Shown here: positions 7,613 to 17,731 of the stretch, one piece after another | How the letters are laid out: every line of letters begins with the position of its first letter | Numbering within the stretch: the stretch's first letter is position 1 | Origin: Minisyncoccia bacterium | GTDB lineage: Bacteria; Patescibacteriota; Minisyncoccia; Phycocordibacterales; Phycocordibacteraceae | Direction: 5' to 3' | Assembly: GCA_050011835.1 (NCBI GenBank) | Contig: JBEKII010000001.1 | Coordinates: 22,473-86,472 of the forward strand | Length of the DNA stretch: 64,000 nucleotides | The notes under the pieces: model-generated | The model's input: the letters and a program-made list of their open reading frames with translations, nothing else | What the model was told of the DNA's origin: nothing | The model's database searches: none | Made by a program: the position numbers and the translations under genes

Positions 7613-9223
7613 ATGAATAAAGATACCAATAAAATCAAATACTTTATTTACGCCCGAAAGTCATCGGAGAGCGAAGACCGACAGGTGCAATCTATTGATG
7701 ACCAAATAAATCGGCTCAAAAAGTTTGCCAGCGATTTTAATCTGGATATTAAAAAGACCTATACCGAGGCGAAATCGGCAAAGAAACCGAATAATCGCCC
7801 TATTTTTGATGAGATGATGGAGCGGATTGAAAAGGGCGAAGCGGACGGAATTTTATGTTGGCAGATAAATCGTCTCTCCCGTAATCCAATTGATAGCGGC
7901 AAATTAAGTTGGTTCCTGCAACGAGGAATACTTAAATCAATCCAGACCATAGACCGTCAATATCTACCAGAAGACAATGTATTGATTTTCAGTGTTGAAA
8001 GCGGTGTAGCCAATCAATACATTTTGGATTTAAGCAAGAATACCAAACGGGGTATGCTCTCCAAGCTTGAAAAGGGTTGGCAAACGGGAATAGCACCGCT
8101 TGGCTATCTCAACGATAAAGAAAATAAAATTATCATCAATGACCCAGAACGATTTAACCTTATCCGCAAAATGTGGGATTTAATGCTTACAGGCAGTTAC
8201 ACACCACCAAAGATTTTGGATATTGCGAATAAGGAGTGGGGTTTTCGGACAAGGAAGTTTAAACGAATGGGTGGCAATGAATTATCCCGAAGCGGTATCT
8301 ATAAGATTTTTACGAGTTTGTTTTACGCGGGGATAATTGAAAATGCAGGGGTGCAATACGAAGGACAGCACGAAAAAATGATTACGCTTGAAGAATATGA
8401 CCGAGTGCAAATGCTTATTGGCAGAAAAGGTAAACCAAGACCAAAACAACACAAGTTTGCTTTCACTGGGTCTATACGGTGTGGTGTATGTGGCTGTCTT
8501 TATACGGCTGAAACAAAGAAAAGAATACTAAAATCAGGAGAAATACACGAGCATACTTATTATCATTGCACGAGGAAAACAACAAAGATTAAGTGCAATC
8601 AACGGAAAAATATCCCAGAAGGCGATTTGGAAATAGCCATTGAGAAGGAGATAGAAAAATACACCATCCTGCCAGAGTTCTTGCAGTGGGCATTAGAGGG
8701 ATTAAATAAAAAGAACGATACCGAAATTGAGGACAGAACGAAGGTTTACGAAATGCGACACAAAAATTTGGTAGAAACCCAAAAGGAGTTGGATGAGCTT
8801 ACTAAAATGAGATACCGCCAGTTGATTGATGACGAAACCTTTATCAAAGAGAAGAACACGCTCCAGAGCAAAATCACCCAATTCAAAGAAAATCTGCGAG
8901 AAACAGAAACGCGAGCCGAGAAATGGCTTGAACTTACTGAAAAGACATTTGCATTTGCCGCTTATGCACGCAAAGCATTTACTACTGCAAAAGGAAAAGC
9001 AGGGTTAGAACTGAAGAAAGAAATCTTATTAGCACTCGGTAAAACGCCGATAATTAAAGACCAGAAGCTGATTATTGAACCGAATGAGTGGTTTGCAGAG
9101 ATACAAAAAAGCTATCCTGCGTTGGAGAGAGAATACTTAAGGTTAGAACCGAAAAATCCCCTTGTAAATCAAGGAGATTTTCCGATTTCTGACCCTATAT
9201 TCCGAACCGTGCTCCGCGGGTAG
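7613..9223 (+). CDS. Large serine recombinase (integrase)
   Basis: YARKSSE catalytic Ser motif, RLSRN, recombinase domain, CGVCG..C..C Zn ribbon, coiled coil. Confidence 0.95.
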   Translation: MNKDTNKIKYFIYARKSSESEDRQVQSIDDQINRLKKFASDFNLDIKKTYTEAKSAKKPNNRPIFDEMMERIEKGEADGILCWQINRLSRNPIDSGKLSWFLQRGILKSIQTIDRQYLPEDNVLIFSVESGVANQYILDLSKNTKRGMLSKLEKGWQTGIAPLGYLNDKENKIIINDPERFNLIRKMWDLMLTGSYTPPKILDIANKEWGFRTRKFKRMGGNELSRSGIYKIFTSLFYAGIIENAGVQYEGQHEKMITLEEYDRVQMLIGRKGKPRPKQHKFAFTGSIRCGVCGCLYTAETKKRILKSGEIHEHTYYHCTRKTTKIKCNQRKNIPEGDLEIAIEKEIEKYTILPEFLQWALEGLNKKNDTEIEDRTKVYEMRHKNLVETQKELDELTKMRYRQLIDDETFIKEKNTLQSKITQFKENLRETETRAEKWLELTEKTFAFAAYARKAFTTAKGKAGLELKKEILLALGKTPIIKDQKLIIEPNEWFAEIQKSYPALEREYLRLEPKNPLVNQGDFPISDPIFRTVLRG

Positions 9224-9283
9224 GATTCGAACCTACAACCAACTCCTTAACAGGGAGCTGCTCTACCATTGAGCTACCGCGGA
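9212..9283 (-). tRNA. tRNA-Asn(GTT), CCA not encoded
   Basis: TCCGCGG acceptor stem, anticodon loop CTGTTAA, GGTTCGAATCC T-arm. Confidence 0.95.
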
Positions 9284-9356
9284 ATGCATATTCGTTGAAC
9301 GTTTGTATTCTAGCCCAAACATCGCGCGCCGCAAAGCGGCGCGCTATACTATAAAC

Positions 9357-9845
9357 ATGGTTTTAACGCTTACTAGTTCTGCATTTGAAAATAACGGGGT
9401 CATACCCGCGAAATATACGTGCGATGGAAGTCGTGAACTCTCGCCTCCGCTTATGATTAGTGATGCGCCGGAAGGAACAAAATCATTCGTGCTTATCGTG
9501 GATGACCCCGACATCCCAGAAGTGGTAAAAAAATCTCACGGCCTTGAGGCCTTTGACCACTGGGTGCTTTATAATATCCCCGTGCCAGTGGGTGGAGAGG
9601 TGGAAGTTCCAGCGGGCGCTACCCCCGGCTCTACAGGATTAAACAGCGCCGGCGGTATGAAATACATCAGTCCCTGTCCACCGTCGCAATATGAGCCGAA
9701 AGAGCATCGCTATGTTTTTACTTTGTATGCGCTGAATGAAATGCTTCATTTTCCAAATGCACCGACTGCACGACAAGTGCGCGATGCGTTGACGCCGTTT
9801 TTGCTCGCAAAAACAAAACTTATTGGCCGTTATTCCAGACCATGA
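9357..9845 (+). CDS. YbhB/YbcL family PEBP-like protein
   Basis: LTSSAF, DDPD, FDHWVLYNIP, PCPP..HRYVFTLYAL. Confidence 0.9.
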   Translation: MVLTLTSSAFENNGVIPAKYTCDGSRELSPPLMISDAPEGTKSFVLIVDDPDIPEVVKKSHGLEAFDHWVLYNIPVPVGGEVEVPAGATPGSTGLNSAGGMKYISPCPPSQYEPKEHRYVFTLYALNEMLHFPNAPTARQVRDALTPFLLAKTKLIGRYSRP

Positions 9846-10204
9846 ATATCACCATCAAGGCAACGAAGTATACATTTACGCCCGAAGACGAAGCATTTAT
9901 AGAAAAGAAGCTCGCGGCTCCTCTGCGTCTTCTTGGAGATGCGAGCGACACGGCGTTACTTGAGATAGAAATAGGGAAAGCGCCGCCAGAAGGACGTTCG
10001 GCAGAACCGTACCGCCTTGTTGCGAATCTTATAGTAGGCGGCAAGGTTTTCCACGCTGAAGCGGTGAAGCCGTCGCCCGAGAGCGCTGCGGACAGGGTTC
10101 GTAGCGAGCTTGAGGCGGAGATACGGCGTTCGCGCGGGCGCGCGCGACGGCTCATCAAGCGCGGTGGCGCGACGGTCAAACGAATGCTGCGCTTCGGCCG
10201 TTAA
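9842..10204 (+). CDS. HPF/RaiA ribosome-associated protein
   Basis: MNITIKAT..FIEKKL..AADRV..LEAEIRR pattern. Confidence 0.75.
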   Translation: MNITIKATKYTFTPEDEAFIEKKLAAPLRLLGDASDTALLEIEIGKAPPEGRSAEPYRLVANLIVGGKVFHAEAVKPSPESAADRVRSELEAEIRRSRGRARRLIKRGGATVKRMLRFGR

Positions 10205-10253
10205 AGTTCGCCGGCAAACAAAAAAAGAAAACGCTCGGGCCGCTAGGCCAATA

Positions 10254-11153
10254 CTACATACTTTTTCTTGTTTGCCGGCTCTCTGTATATATTATTTCGT
10301 GTTTCCCCTCGGGAATAACGCGCTCAATGATGAATTTTTCGTTTTTGAATGAAGCTGCGGTTATTTTAATTCTTTTTCCATTTTCTATAAAATATGTGCC
10401 AATAGTGTCGGCGTACGTGCGATATTTATTCCAATTTTCTTGCGCCGTCGCAGTGAGCGACAAAAGGCCGTCTTCTTTTTTAATTTTGTGCGCATACGAA
10501 ACTTGCGAGGAATCCTGCGCGATTGGTGCGATGTCGCCGCACAGATATGCGGGAAGGGTATCAACGAGCAGTTGTGCGCCTTGAGCAATGAGTCGCGGAC
10601 GCACCTCGCGCGCAGTCTCGTTTGGAGCGATGTCCATTTCTTTTTGCGCAAGAATCGCACCCGCATCAATTTCGTGCACCATCTCCTGGATGGTTACTCC
10701 GGTTGTTGAATCACCCGCGAGAAGCGCGGATTCAAGCGGCGTCGCGCCGCGATACTTGGGCAAGAGCGAATAATGAACATTAATGACGCCTTTAGGGAAA
10801 GCGGCGATAAGTTCGTTGGAAAATATTTTGCCGAATGCGACCACAATTGCGTAATCGCATTTATAGGCGCGAATCGCGGCAATTGTCTCGTCATCAAGAG
10901 TTCTCGGTGTGAGAACAGGCATGTCGTGTTCGAGCGCAAAAGTTTTTGTTTCAGAAGGCGCGAGCGCGAGCCCGCGGCCCTTAGGAGCATCCGGCGAAGT
11001 CACGACGACGGCGGGCGCGAAGCCTCGTTCAATAAGCACTGCAAGCGTGTCGCTCGCCACGGCGGGAGTGCCGAAAAATGCGAAGCGAAGCGAAGTCCCT
11101 TCACTCGCTTTCGAGTGTTGCCGGACGAATTTAAGAAGCGGGATTTTGGTCAT
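10254..11153 (-). CDS. fmt: Methionyl-tRNA formyltransferase
   Basis: FFGTP, INVHYSLLPKYRGATP, DAG. Confidence 0.95.
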   Translation of the reverse strand: MTKIPLLKFVRQHSKASEGTSLRFAFFGTPAVASDTLAVLIERGFAPAVVVTSPDAPKGRGLALAPSETKTFALEHDMPVLTPRTLDDETIAAIRAYKCDYAIVVAFGKIFSNELIAAFPKGVINVHYSLLPKYRGATPLESALLAGDSTTGVTIQEMVHEIDAGAILAQKEMDIAPNETAREVRPRLIAQGAQLLVDTLPAYLCGDIAPIAQDSSQVSYAHKIKKEDGLLSLTATAQENWNKYRTYADTIGTYFIENGKRIKITAASFKNEKFIIERVIPEGKHEIIYTESRQTRKSM

Positions 11154-11682
11154 GGGTGACGTGAACGAGATGTTCAGCATGGTCAGTGAAGAGCGCGCCG
11201 TTCAAGTGGTCAATTTCGTGCTCAAATATCTGAGCCATAAGGCCGCCGCCGCCACGACTAAATCGTGAGCCATCAAGGCGACGGGCGGCGATGGTGACGC
11301 GTTCATGCCGATTCGTTGTGCCATATACATCGCGAATAGAAAGACATCCTTCTTCTCCTTTCGCGCGCTTGCGGGAGGTCTTTATAATTTCAGGATTAAT
11401 ATATATTTCCACTTCAGGTTTAGGTACCGGTTTTGGCTGGAGAACGGTTTTTTCTTTCGCTGGGACGAGAGGAAGCGTGGCGCGGTCTTTCCGTACGATA
11501 AAAAGACGATAAGAAATATCTACTTGCGGCGCGGCGAGCGCGACACCCTCGGGCTTTACATCAAGTGCTTGGGTCATGTCATCAATGAGGCGCGTGAGCC
11601 ACACCGAGCCGAAGAGCTTCTCCGGCACGGGCTTTGCCGCTTCGCGTAATATTGGCGCACCATCTTGCACGATTTCTCTCAT
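11131..11682 (-). CDS. def: Peptide deformylase
   Basis: GVALAAPQV, EGCLS, HEIDHLNG. Confidence 0.95.
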   Translation of the reverse strand: MREIVQDGAPILREAAKPVPEKLFGSVWLTRLIDDMTQALDVKPEGVALAAPQVDISYRLFIVRKDRATLPLVPAKEKTVLQPKPVPKPEVEIYINPEIIKTSRKRAKGEEGCLSIRDVYGTTNRHERVTIAARRLDGSRFSRGGGGLMAQIFEHEIDHLNGALFTDHAEHLVHVTHDQNPAS

Positions 11683-11787
11683 GTTCTCTAATTGTAGCAC
11701 AGTTGCTCGCAGAAAAAAGTTTTTTGAGAGCGTTTCACTTCGCTGCACTTAGCACATAGCACACTCTCAAAAATTTTTCCCGCTCGT

Positions 11788-12081
11788 TTAGCAGGGCGGA
11801 TGCTTTTTCGGGTCAATCTCCCACCAAAATTTTTTACCGAAGTTTTTTGCTTGGCTGCAAATACTCTTGAGATAATAGAGGTCGCGGGTCGGGATGCCTT
11901 CAAGTTCGGCACCGAGACGAGCCATGGAGAGAGGCGCGAGGCCGTCGTGCGCGCGAGAATAATTCAAGTGGCGGAGGAAGAAACGTATCAATTCGCCGCG
12001 CTCGGTTTTGCGCTTTTTCCCTCTCGGCGCTTCGGCTGCCTTTTTCTCAATGTCGGGAAGGATTTCGCGGATGGATTTCAT
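11788..12081 (-). CDS. Hypothetical protein
   Basis: 97-aa ORF abutting murA. Confidence 0.65.
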   Translation of the reverse strand: MKSIREILPDIEKKAAEAPRGKKRKTERGELIRFFLRHLNYSRAHDGLAPLSMARLGAELEGIPTRDLYYLKSICSQAKNFGKKFWWEIDPKKHPPC

Positions 12082-13392
12082 TTAATTCGTATGCGCTTCA
12101 ATGGAAGCTCCGAGATGTTGAAGCCGCACGACAATATCTTCATAACCGCGATTGATGCTGTAGACGTTGCGGAGCGTTGAATGTCCTTTTGCGGCGAGCA
12201 TTCCGACGAGGATGATAGTCGCGGGCCGGAGCGCCGGCGGGCAAATGACCTCGGCCGCTTTAAGTTCCGTCCGTCCCTCAATTGAAATGCGATGAGGATC
12301 ATGAAGAATAGTCACCGCGCCGAGACGGTCGAGCTCGGTGTAGTAAATTGCCCGCTTTTCATATACCCAATCGTGGATAAGCGTCGTACCTTTCGCCTGC
12401 GTGGCAATAACCGCGAAGAAGGGGAGGTTGTCTATGTTCAGTCCGGGATAGGGGCGCGCGTGAATCTTTTCGGGGAAGGCAGTTAGTTCTGATGGTTCAA
12501 GATGAATGTCTTTTAATTTTGTAATCCCATTTTCTGATAATCGGGGCTCTGATAATGTGAATCGTAACCCCATTTTCTCAAGAAGCAGTAACTCGACCTC
12601 AAGAAATTCTATGGGCGCATTCGCGATGGTGATGGCAGAGCCGGTAATGGCCGCCGCTGCGATGAAGAGCATTGCGTCGGTCGGATCCTCCGCGACGCTA
12701 TAAGAAACATCTTGATTGATAGAAGCGACGCCGCGTACCGTAAGCGTTGTTGAGCCGATGCCGTCAATCGAGACTCCAAGCGCCTTCAAGAAGCCGCATA
12801 CTTCCTGCACCTGATAATTTGCCGAGGCATATTTAATGCAAGATGTGCCGGGGATGCCCGCGGCGGCGAGAAGCGCGTTGATGGTCGCCGTATCGCTTGA
12901 TTCGTAGAGAATCACTTCTGCCGGATGAAGCCCCGCATACGCGATGTGATAACTTTCCGAACGTGCCTCTATCGCAACACCGAATTTTTCAAGCGCTAAA
13001 AGATGCGGACGGACAGAGCGCAGTCCAAGCGTGCAGCCACCCGATTGCGGCAGTTCGAATTTTTTGAACCAGTGGAGCAAAGGACCGATAAACATCAATA
13101 TGCTGCGGGTTTTCATCGCCGCACTCTTATCAATTGATTCCAGATTGATTTTTTTCGGCGGGACAATGACGACGTCGTGTCCACGCCACTTAACACTGAC
13201 ACCGATGGAACGCAGTACCTCAATCAAGCGGTTCACCTCCTCAATTTTCGGAACATTTCGGAGGGTCGTTTGACCGTGATTGAGAAGGGAAGCGGCGAAG
13301 AGTGCGACGGCGCCGTTCTTGGAGCGGCTCGTCGTGACGCTCCCCGAAAGTTTCTTTCCTCCTTCAATGGCGAAATTCATTCCTTCTTGCAT
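12082..13392 (-). CDS. murA: UDP-N-acetylglucosamine 1-carboxyvinyltransferase
   Basis: SKNG, GGCTLGLR, PYPG..D, LRNVYSINRGYE. Confidence 0.93.
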   Translation of the reverse strand: MQEGMNFAIEGGKKLSGSVTTSRSKNGAVALFAASLLNHGQTTLRNVPKIEEVNRLIEVLRSIGVSVKWRGHDVVIVPPKKINLESIDKSAAMKTRSILMFIGPLLHWFKKFELPQSGGCTLGLRSVRPHLLALEKFGVAIEARSESYHIAYAGLHPAEVILYESSDTATINALLAAAGIPGTSCIKYASANYQVQEVCGFLKALGVSIDGIGSTTLTVRGVASINQDVSYSVAEDPTDAMLFIAAAAITGSAITIANAPIEFLEVELLLLEKMGLRFTLSEPRLSENGITKLKDIHLEPSELTAFPEKIHARPYPGLNIDNLPFFAVIATQAKGTTLIHDWVYEKRAIYYTELDRLGAVTILHDPHRISIEGRTELKAAEVICPPALRPATIILVGMLAAKGHSTLRNVYSINRGYEDIVVRLQHLGASIEAHTN

Positions 13393-13419
13393 ACGGAGTA
13401 TCGTACCATTACTATACAA

Positions 13420-14448
13420 ATGATGTCTTTCTTTTCTCCCAAGCTCGGCATTGATCTTGGAACAACTAACATTCTCGTTTTTGTGCCCGGCAAGGGCGTT
13501 GTGGTGAACGAACCGTCGGTCGTTGCCGTGGGAAAAGCGCGTGACAACAGGGGCGGTACGACCATCCTCGCCATAGGCGTTGAAGCGAAAAAAATGATTG
13601 GCCGCACTCCCGACGATATCATCGCTTATCGTCCAATGAAGGACGGTGTTATTGCCGATTATCGTGTCACCGAAGCGATGCTCCGTTATTTTATGAAGAA
13701 AGCGCTTGGACGGAATCCATTCAAGCCGACTGTGCTTATTTCCGTGCCCGCGAGTGTTACCTCAACCGAGAAGCGCGCGGTTATTGAAGCGGCGTTGAAA
13801 GCCGGAGCGCGGAACGCCTACGTGGTAAAAGAGCCTATACTCGCCGCCATCGGCGCAGGCATCCCCATTCACGAACCGATGGGACGCATGGTTGCGGATA
13901 TTGGCGGCGGCACGATAGATGTCGCCGTGATATCACTCGGCGGCATCGTCGCGTCAACGAGCGTGAAGTGCGCGGGGGATCGCCTTGACCGTGCGGTCGT
14001 TGACCACATTAAGAAACAACACAATCTCGTGATTGGCGACAAGACGGCGGAGGATTTGAAAATAAAAATCGGGGCGGCAGTACCGATGAATGAAGAACTT
14101 TCAATGCCGGTCAAGGGGCGCGACCTCATGAGCGGCTTGCCACGCACGGTTGATCTTTCCACTAACGATGTAGTGCAGGCGATGGCGCGGGAATTGCGCG
14201 AAATGACGCAAGCGATACGCAAGGTGCTGCAGGACACGCCACCCGAACTTGCCGCCGACATTATTGACAATGGCATTATCCTCACGGGCGGTTCTTCACA
14301 GTTGCGCCAGATGCCCGAGCTCGTCTACCGTCGCACCGGCGTTGCCGCGAAACTCGCGCAGGATCCGTATTTCTGCGTCGTGCGCGGTACCGGCGTCGCG
14401 CTGAAACATCTGGATACTTATCAAAAAAGCATTTTGGCGAAGCAATAA
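13420..14448 (+). CDS. mreB: Rod shape-determining protein MreB (stand-alone paralog)
   Basis: GIDLGTTN, NEPSVVA, DIGGGT, LTGGSS. Confidence 0.93.
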   Translation: MMSFFSPKLGIDLGTTNILVFVPGKGVVVNEPSVVAVGKARDNRGGTTILAIGVEAKKMIGRTPDDIIAYRPMKDGVIADYRVTEAMLRYFMKKALGRNPFKPTVLISVPASVTSTEKRAVIEAALKAGARNAYVVKEPILAAIGAGIPIHEPMGRMVADIGGGTIDVAVISLGGIVASTSVKCAGDRLDRAVVDHIKKQHNLVIGDKTAEDLKIKIGAAVPMNEELSMPVKGRDLMSGLPRTVDLSTNDVVQAMARELREMTQAIRKVLQDTPPELAADIIDNGIILTGGSSQLRQMPELVYRRTGVAAKLAQDPYFCVVRGTGVALKHLDTYQKSILAKQ

Positions 14449-14460
14449 TATTGAAATAGA

Positions 14461-14500
14461 AAAATCGCATGGCGGAGCTATTTCACACCATGCGATTTTT
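14461..14500. terminator. Bidirectional terminator
   Basis: aaaatcgcatgg...ccatgcgatttt between convergent genes. Confidence 0.65.
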
Positions 14501-14505
14501 AAGGT

Positions 14506-15039
14506 TCAGAACTTGCCGCTTGCGCGGCGCATCTGAACTTTTTTTTGAAACCATTTTCTCCCCCCCAATAAATCAATGAGAGGAAAAAGAAAAATAAGGG
14601 TGATATCCGTCAGCACCTCTCGAGGCCGTGGAATACCACCGGTGCAGTGATGTTTCGCCTTAATCCCGTCGCGGCGGCAGATCCACCACACACGGGGATA
14701 ATGCAAAATTGAAGAAATGATAATCAATTCCGCATTCTTCTTTTTTGCATACTCATTTGCCACCTGCAGCTGTTCTATCGTCTCTTGCCCTTTCTTTACC
14801 TCAACAATGTTTTCTTTGTTGATGTTAATTTCAAGAGCCAGACGATAGAACTCCATTTCCGTTTTCTCCCCGTTAGCCTGAAAAGCGCTGACGAGAAGAA
14901 TTGTCGCTGCTGGCCAATCCTTCCGAGATAGAGACTCAGCTTTTACAAGACCAGTGTACCAATCTTGTTTCTCGGTCGGCCCAAACCGCCCCTTAGAAGA
15001 GGGGTTTTTTATGAGTGGAACTATGATTTTCTCTCGCAC
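14506..15039 (-). CDS. YdcF/DUF218-like hypothetical protein
   Basis: ETIEQ...IISSILHYPRV motif. Confidence 0.55.
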   Translation of the reverse strand: MREKIIVPLIKNPSSKGRFGPTEKQDWYTGLVKAESLSRKDWPAATILLVSAFQANGEKTEMEFYRLALEININKENIVEVKKGQETIEQLQVANEYAKKKNAELIIISSILHYPRVWWICRRDGIKAKHHCTGGIPRPREVLTDITLIFLFPLIDLLGGRKWFQKKVQMRRASGKF

Positions 15040-15157
15040 GGTGTACCCCCCTTTTTTCTTTATTTTGATTCCAAAAACTGTCTAAAACTAACGTAGCATA
15101 TAATTTATATATAGTCAAGCTCCGCACGAGTTAAAAAACACAAGCTATAATCAGCAC

Positions 15158-15865
15158 ATGCAGCGCCTCGATACTCGGCATCTACAACATCACGCGTTTG
15201 TTATTGAGGCGGAAGCAGAGGGGGGAATTAAAGTGGCGCAGATGTGGGCAGAGAAAGAATTGGAAATGAAAGCAAAAGGAAATCCCGATATCGTCATATT
15301 GCGTTATGGGCTTTTTTCAGTTGATGACGCACGCCATATCTCAGAGGTTGCTGCGGGAGCGCCTTTCGCAGGCAACTATAAAGTGCTTATCATTGCCGCG
15401 AGCCGCGCGTATCACGAAGCGCAGAACGCACTTCTGAAGCTTTTTGAAGAACCGCCTACCGGAATGTATCTCTTTTTCATATTGCCGAGTTTGGGAGGGC
15501 TTCTCCCGACATTGCGCTCACGCGTTCAGATTCTGAATTATGGATTTACGGAACCTATAATTCCCGAATCGGCCATTGAATTTCTCAAAGCAACAAAAGA
15601 AAAGCGCGGCACGATAATCAAAAGACTCACGAGTGGGAAAGATGAAGAGGAACGGAGAGAACTCCGTGATGAGGCAATCGCGATAGTGAATGGCATTGAG
15701 ACAGCAGTATACGCGAAATTTAAAAAACAGCGTGGCGGCGAACCCGCCGCGCTCCTTTCGGACATTGCGATTCTGCGCAGCTATCTTTATGATCGCAGTG
15801 CGCCTGTGCGCATGATTCTCGAGCATCTTTCTCTGGTGATGCCGAAGAATCTGTCCGTCAACTGA
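15158..15865 (+). CDS. holB: Reduced DNA polymerase III delta' subunit
   Basis: EAQNALLKLFEEPP, LLPTLRSRV; lacks Zn module. Confidence 0.8.
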   Translation: MQRLDTRHLQHHAFVIEAEAEGGIKVAQMWAEKELEMKAKGNPDIVILRYGLFSVDDARHISEVAAGAPFAGNYKVLIIAASRAYHEAQNALLKLFEEPPTGMYLFFILPSLGGLLPTLRSRVQILNYGFTEPIIPESAIEFLKATKEKRGTIIKRLTSGKDEEERRELRDEAIAIVNGIETAVYAKFKKQRGGEPAALLSDIAILRSYLYDRSAPVRMILEHLSLVMPKNLSVN

Positions 15866-15886
15866 CGGATTTGATATGATGCACGC

Positions 15887-16438
15887 ATGACATACGATTT
15901 TTCAAAATTAAAAGCAAATATCAAAGAGACCGAGGAATGGCTTACACGCGAGCTCTCGGGAATCCGAACCGGTCGTGCGACGCCGACCTTGCTTGATATG
16001 GTAAAGCCCGAAGCATATGGCGTGCGCACGTCTCTTAAAGAACTTGCTTCCGTCTCGGTTGAAGACGCGCGCACTTTGCGCGTCATCCCATGGGACCGGG
16101 AACTCTTGAAAGCAATTGAAAAGGGAATTACCGACGTGGACCTCGGCGTTGGCGTCGCGACCGATGACCAAGGCCTACGTGTCTCCTTTCCAGAATTAAC
16201 CAGCGAACGTCGTCTGCAACTTTCAAAAATCGCGGGCGATAAAACCGAACAGGCGAGAGTAACATTGCGCTCGCATCGCTCTGACGCGCTCAAAGCGCTT
16301 GATGCGACGGAAAAAGAAGGCGGCAGGGGGAAGGACGAAGTAACGCATCTCAAGGTTGAAATTCAAAAGCTTATTGACGCGGGCAATGACGCGCTGGAGA
16401 GGATTCTTGAGCGGAAGGAAGCCGAGATTGCTCAATAA
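15887..16438 (+). CDS. frr: Ribosome recycling factor
   Basis: IRTGRATP, PELTSERR. Confidence 0.95.
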   Translation: MTYDFSKLKANIKETEEWLTRELSGIRTGRATPTLLDMVKPEAYGVRTSLKELASVSVEDARTLRVIPWDRELLKAIEKGITDVDLGVGVATDDQGLRVSFPELTSERRLQLSKIAGDKTEQARVTLRSHRSDALKALDATEKEGGRGKDEVTHLKVEIQKLIDAGNDALERILERKEAEIAQ

Positions 16439-17527
16439 ATGAGTATTTTAATTTTCATCATTGTCATTGTTGCGCTTATCGTCGTGCACGAACTCGGGCA
16501 TTTTGTCGTGGCGAAGCTCTCTGGGATGCGCGTGGATGAATTCGGGCTCGGTTATCCGCCGCGCGCGGCGATTATCGGAAAAGCGGGCGAGACCATCCTT
16601 TCGCTTAATTGGTTGCCTTTCGGTGGTTTTGTAAAAATTTACGGCGAAGACGGTGAAGGGAAAGGTTCGCGGGCATTTTCTATGCGCCCGCGCATTTTTC
16701 AGGCGCTAGTTCTTATCGCTGGCATCGCGATGAACCTTCTCTTTGCATACGTGCTTATCACCGGCGCCTTGATTGCGGGTACGCCACGCGCGCTTTCGCC
16801 GGCGGAACTCGCGACCGCTCGCAATGTAGAACTCGCCGTGGCAAACGTGCTTCCCGGAACACCCGCCGCTCTCGCGGGAATTCTCCCAGGAGATTCAATT
16901 CTTGATGCAAAAGATGCGGAAGGGCAATGGCATTCCGTAGACCCCGCGAGTTTCTCGGCGTTTATCGCCGCGAGTCATGGAGATGCAGTTACCCTTGACG
17001 TTAAGCATAATGGGGAAGAATACATTATTACCACGACGCCCGTTGCGGGCGTCGTGCCTAACGATCCTTCACGCTATGCGCTCGGAATTGAAGTCGCCAC
17101 CATCGGTACTGCGCCGCTCTCCCCTGGCTCTGCGGTTATTGAAGGCGCTTCACTCACATGGGGCTCTCTCGCCATAACTACCGCGGGGCTCTGGCATTTT
17201 TTCTACGATATCTTTGTGTTCCATGCAGATTTTTCGCAGGTCGCGGGACCTGTCGGCATCGTGAGCGTCGTCGGCTCCGAAGCGGCGCAAGGCCTCGGCA
17301 GCTTGCTTTCAATCGTGGCGATTATTTCCATTAATCTCGCGCTCATCAATCTTATTCCCGTTCCTGCGCTTGATGGCGGACGACTTCTCTTTGTCATCAT
17401 TGAAGGTATTATTCGCCGCCCGATAAAACCAAGTGTCGCTCATGCGGTCAACTCCGTCGGCTTCGCGCTCCTCGTCTTCCTTATGGTTGTCGTCACTGCC
17501 CACGACATTTTCAAAATCGTTGGGTAG
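16439..17527 (+). CDS. rseP: RIP metalloprotease (M50) with PDZ
   Basis: HELGH, NLIPVPALDGG. Confidence 0.93.
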   Translation: MSILIFIIVIVALIVVHELGHFVVAKLSGMRVDEFGLGYPPRAAIIGKAGETILSLNWLPFGGFVKIYGEDGEGKGSRAFSMRPRIFQALVLIAGIAMNLLFAYVLITGALIAGTPRALSPAELATARNVELAVANVLPGTPAALAGILPGDSILDAKDAEGQWHSVDPASFSAFIAASHGDAVTLDVKHNGEEYIITTTPVAGVVPNDPSRYALGIEVATIGTAPLSPGSAVIEGASLTWGSLAITTAGLWHFFYDIFVFHADFSQVAGPVGIVSVVGSEAAQGLGSLLSIVAIISINLALINLIPVPALDGGRLLFVIIEGIIRRPIKPSVAHAVNSVGFALLVFLMVVVTAHDIFKIVG

Positions 17528-17731
17528 TTACTAAAATCATCATAAAATAAGTCGTTTATTTATCGTTTCTTGTATAAGTGCTGCTTGACAATTAAACAGG
17601 CTTGTGTATACTAGCAATAGGTAGTTCTCTGCAAATCTGCCTTTGGCAGATACATCATGTCGAGCTGTAGACATAAAATTCAGCACTCAACGCAGCGGTA
17701 TCGCAAATGCCAAAGCAAGGAGGGAGGAACT

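Larger units (their letters stand above)
1..9223. mobile_element. Integrative element (serine-recombinase type) inserted at tRNA-Asn 3' end; left end outside window
   Basis: Visibly AT-richer than flanking core genes; carries recombinase, primase-helicase, RT and methylase; recombinase ORF runs into the tRNA 3' end. Confidence 0.88.

Noticed and set aside
13177-13419. Extended N-termini of mreB/murA and other track ORFs (ctpA, corA, murG, ftsW, mrdA)
   Set aside because: They overlap neighbouring genes; downstream ATGs match family starts and -10 boxes
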